The translations under genes were made by a program, and so were the position numbers. Below, one piece after another: positions 63,217 through 64,000 of a DNA stretch of 64,000 bases (position 1 is the first letter of the stretch; each line of letters begins with the position of its first letter). The notes under the pieces were generated by a model. That model saw nothing but the letters and a program-made list of their open reading frames with translations. It was not told the DNA's origin and did not search any database. The DNA is from Macrostomum lignano (lineage: Eukaryota). The DNA lies in the NCBI GenBank assembly GCA_002269645.1, contig NIVC01000318.1, positions 34,920 through 98,919 of the forward strand. Reading direction: 5' to 3'.

Positions 63217-64000
63217 CTACGGCGCACCTGATCGCAATGGCTGCGAGGATGGCGCTGATGTGGATTCTGGTGGTAGCTGCGAGAATGGCGCTGATGCGGA
63301 TTCCAGCGGTGGCTGTGGGGATGGCACTGATGCAGATCCCAGCAGTGGCTGCAGGGATGACGCTGAAATTGTGCATCCCAGATCTCTTTTGAACAGCACT
63401 TCATTGCCGTTGTGGTGCGCATGAAGAGTCTGGATGAACTTGGATAGTCCAACTGTCTTATTTTCGAAAACCTGGTGCTTTAATAAGCCCATCCAGTGTT
63501 CAGTGTGACCTTTGGTGAACCATGAGCTGCCAGGCATAATGCCGCTGATTAGAGGAAGATAGGGCATGAACGTATTGGTAATGCGTTTAGCTAGATCAAG
63601 GCACATGTAAACGTTAAGATTGTCATGTTGCTCATCGAATAATGGATTGGTTACTTCTCGAAGCACTTCTTGACGAATGCGCTCGGCTCGCTGCCAGAAT
63701 GGAGACTGTCGCATGATAGTTTCGCCTGAAGGGATCACGTCGACTGCAAGTGACTCTTCAAAGTCCTGCTGATCTATATCAAAATCTCGTATGCTGACAC
63801 TATCGGCGTTGCTTGACATTTTAAGAAATTCCTTAGGAGAGCATTTTAGTCTGCGGTCAACTGCTTCCACTGTAGCCTCCGTTGGGGAACTAAGAAGAAG
63901 GTATAGTGCTGTCAGCAGCCTATCTGCGGCTTGAAGACTGTTGACAGTAATTAGACAGGCCATCGAGCGTAACCAGAATTGCTTGACCGCCTTGTTTCTG
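63217..64000 (-). CDS. Partial NOF-FB/MULE-like transposase (C-terminal part), frame open at the window edge
   Basis: N.Y.C...KR....FMPYLPLISGIM...TKGHTEHWMGLLKHQV..FI resembles the YLPLWS..TN..E.WF..LK motif. The frame stays open from 63963 to 64000. Confidence 0.45.
   Translation of the reverse strand, partial: RNKAVKQFWLRSMACLITVNSLQAADRLLTALYLLLSSPTEATVEAVDRRLKCSPKEFLKMSSNADSVSIRDFDIDQQDFEESLAVDVIPSGETIMRQSPFWQRAERIRQEVLREVTNPLFDEQHDNLNVYMCLDLAKRITNTFMPYLPLISGIMPGSSWFTKGHTEHWMGLLKHQVFENKTVGLSKFIQTLHAHHNGNEVLFKRDLGCTISASSLQPLLGSASVPSPQPPLESASAPFSQLPPESTSAPSSQPLRSGAP

Overview
Eukaryotic (animal) genomic DNA that is repeat-rich, with GC3-rich exons and introns filled with private minisatellites. 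The style suggests a flatworm such as Macrostomum; this is inference. Host genes, most assembled by hand across splice sites: a cluster of four NPY/NPF-type neuropeptide precursor genes at 2.5-12 kb (two predicted RIRM-amide, two YQRPRF-amide, all with the diagnostic phase-2 intron in the penultimate Arg codon); an orphan two-exon gene; tRNA-Lys(CTT); a DNase II whose distant last exon adds a transmembrane helix and a C-terminal YRIL motif; COP9 signalosome subunit 7; and katanin p80 (KATNB1). Mobile DNA: a 5.47-kb Polinton/Maverick deletion derivative at 20575-26040, inserted inside a minisatellite. It has AGTAGT termini, 169-bp identical TIRs, a 6-bp TSD, and PC4-like, integrase, penton, basic core and truncated major capsid genes, with no polymerase, ATPase or protease. 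Also present: a mariner derivative, a degenerate RTE-type LINE, hAT, Merlin-like and NOF-FB/MULE-like transposase remnants, MITE-like elements and a second decayed double-jelly-roll capsid gene. No CRISPR array or rRNA was seen. No database searches were run; homology calls rest on recognised motifs.
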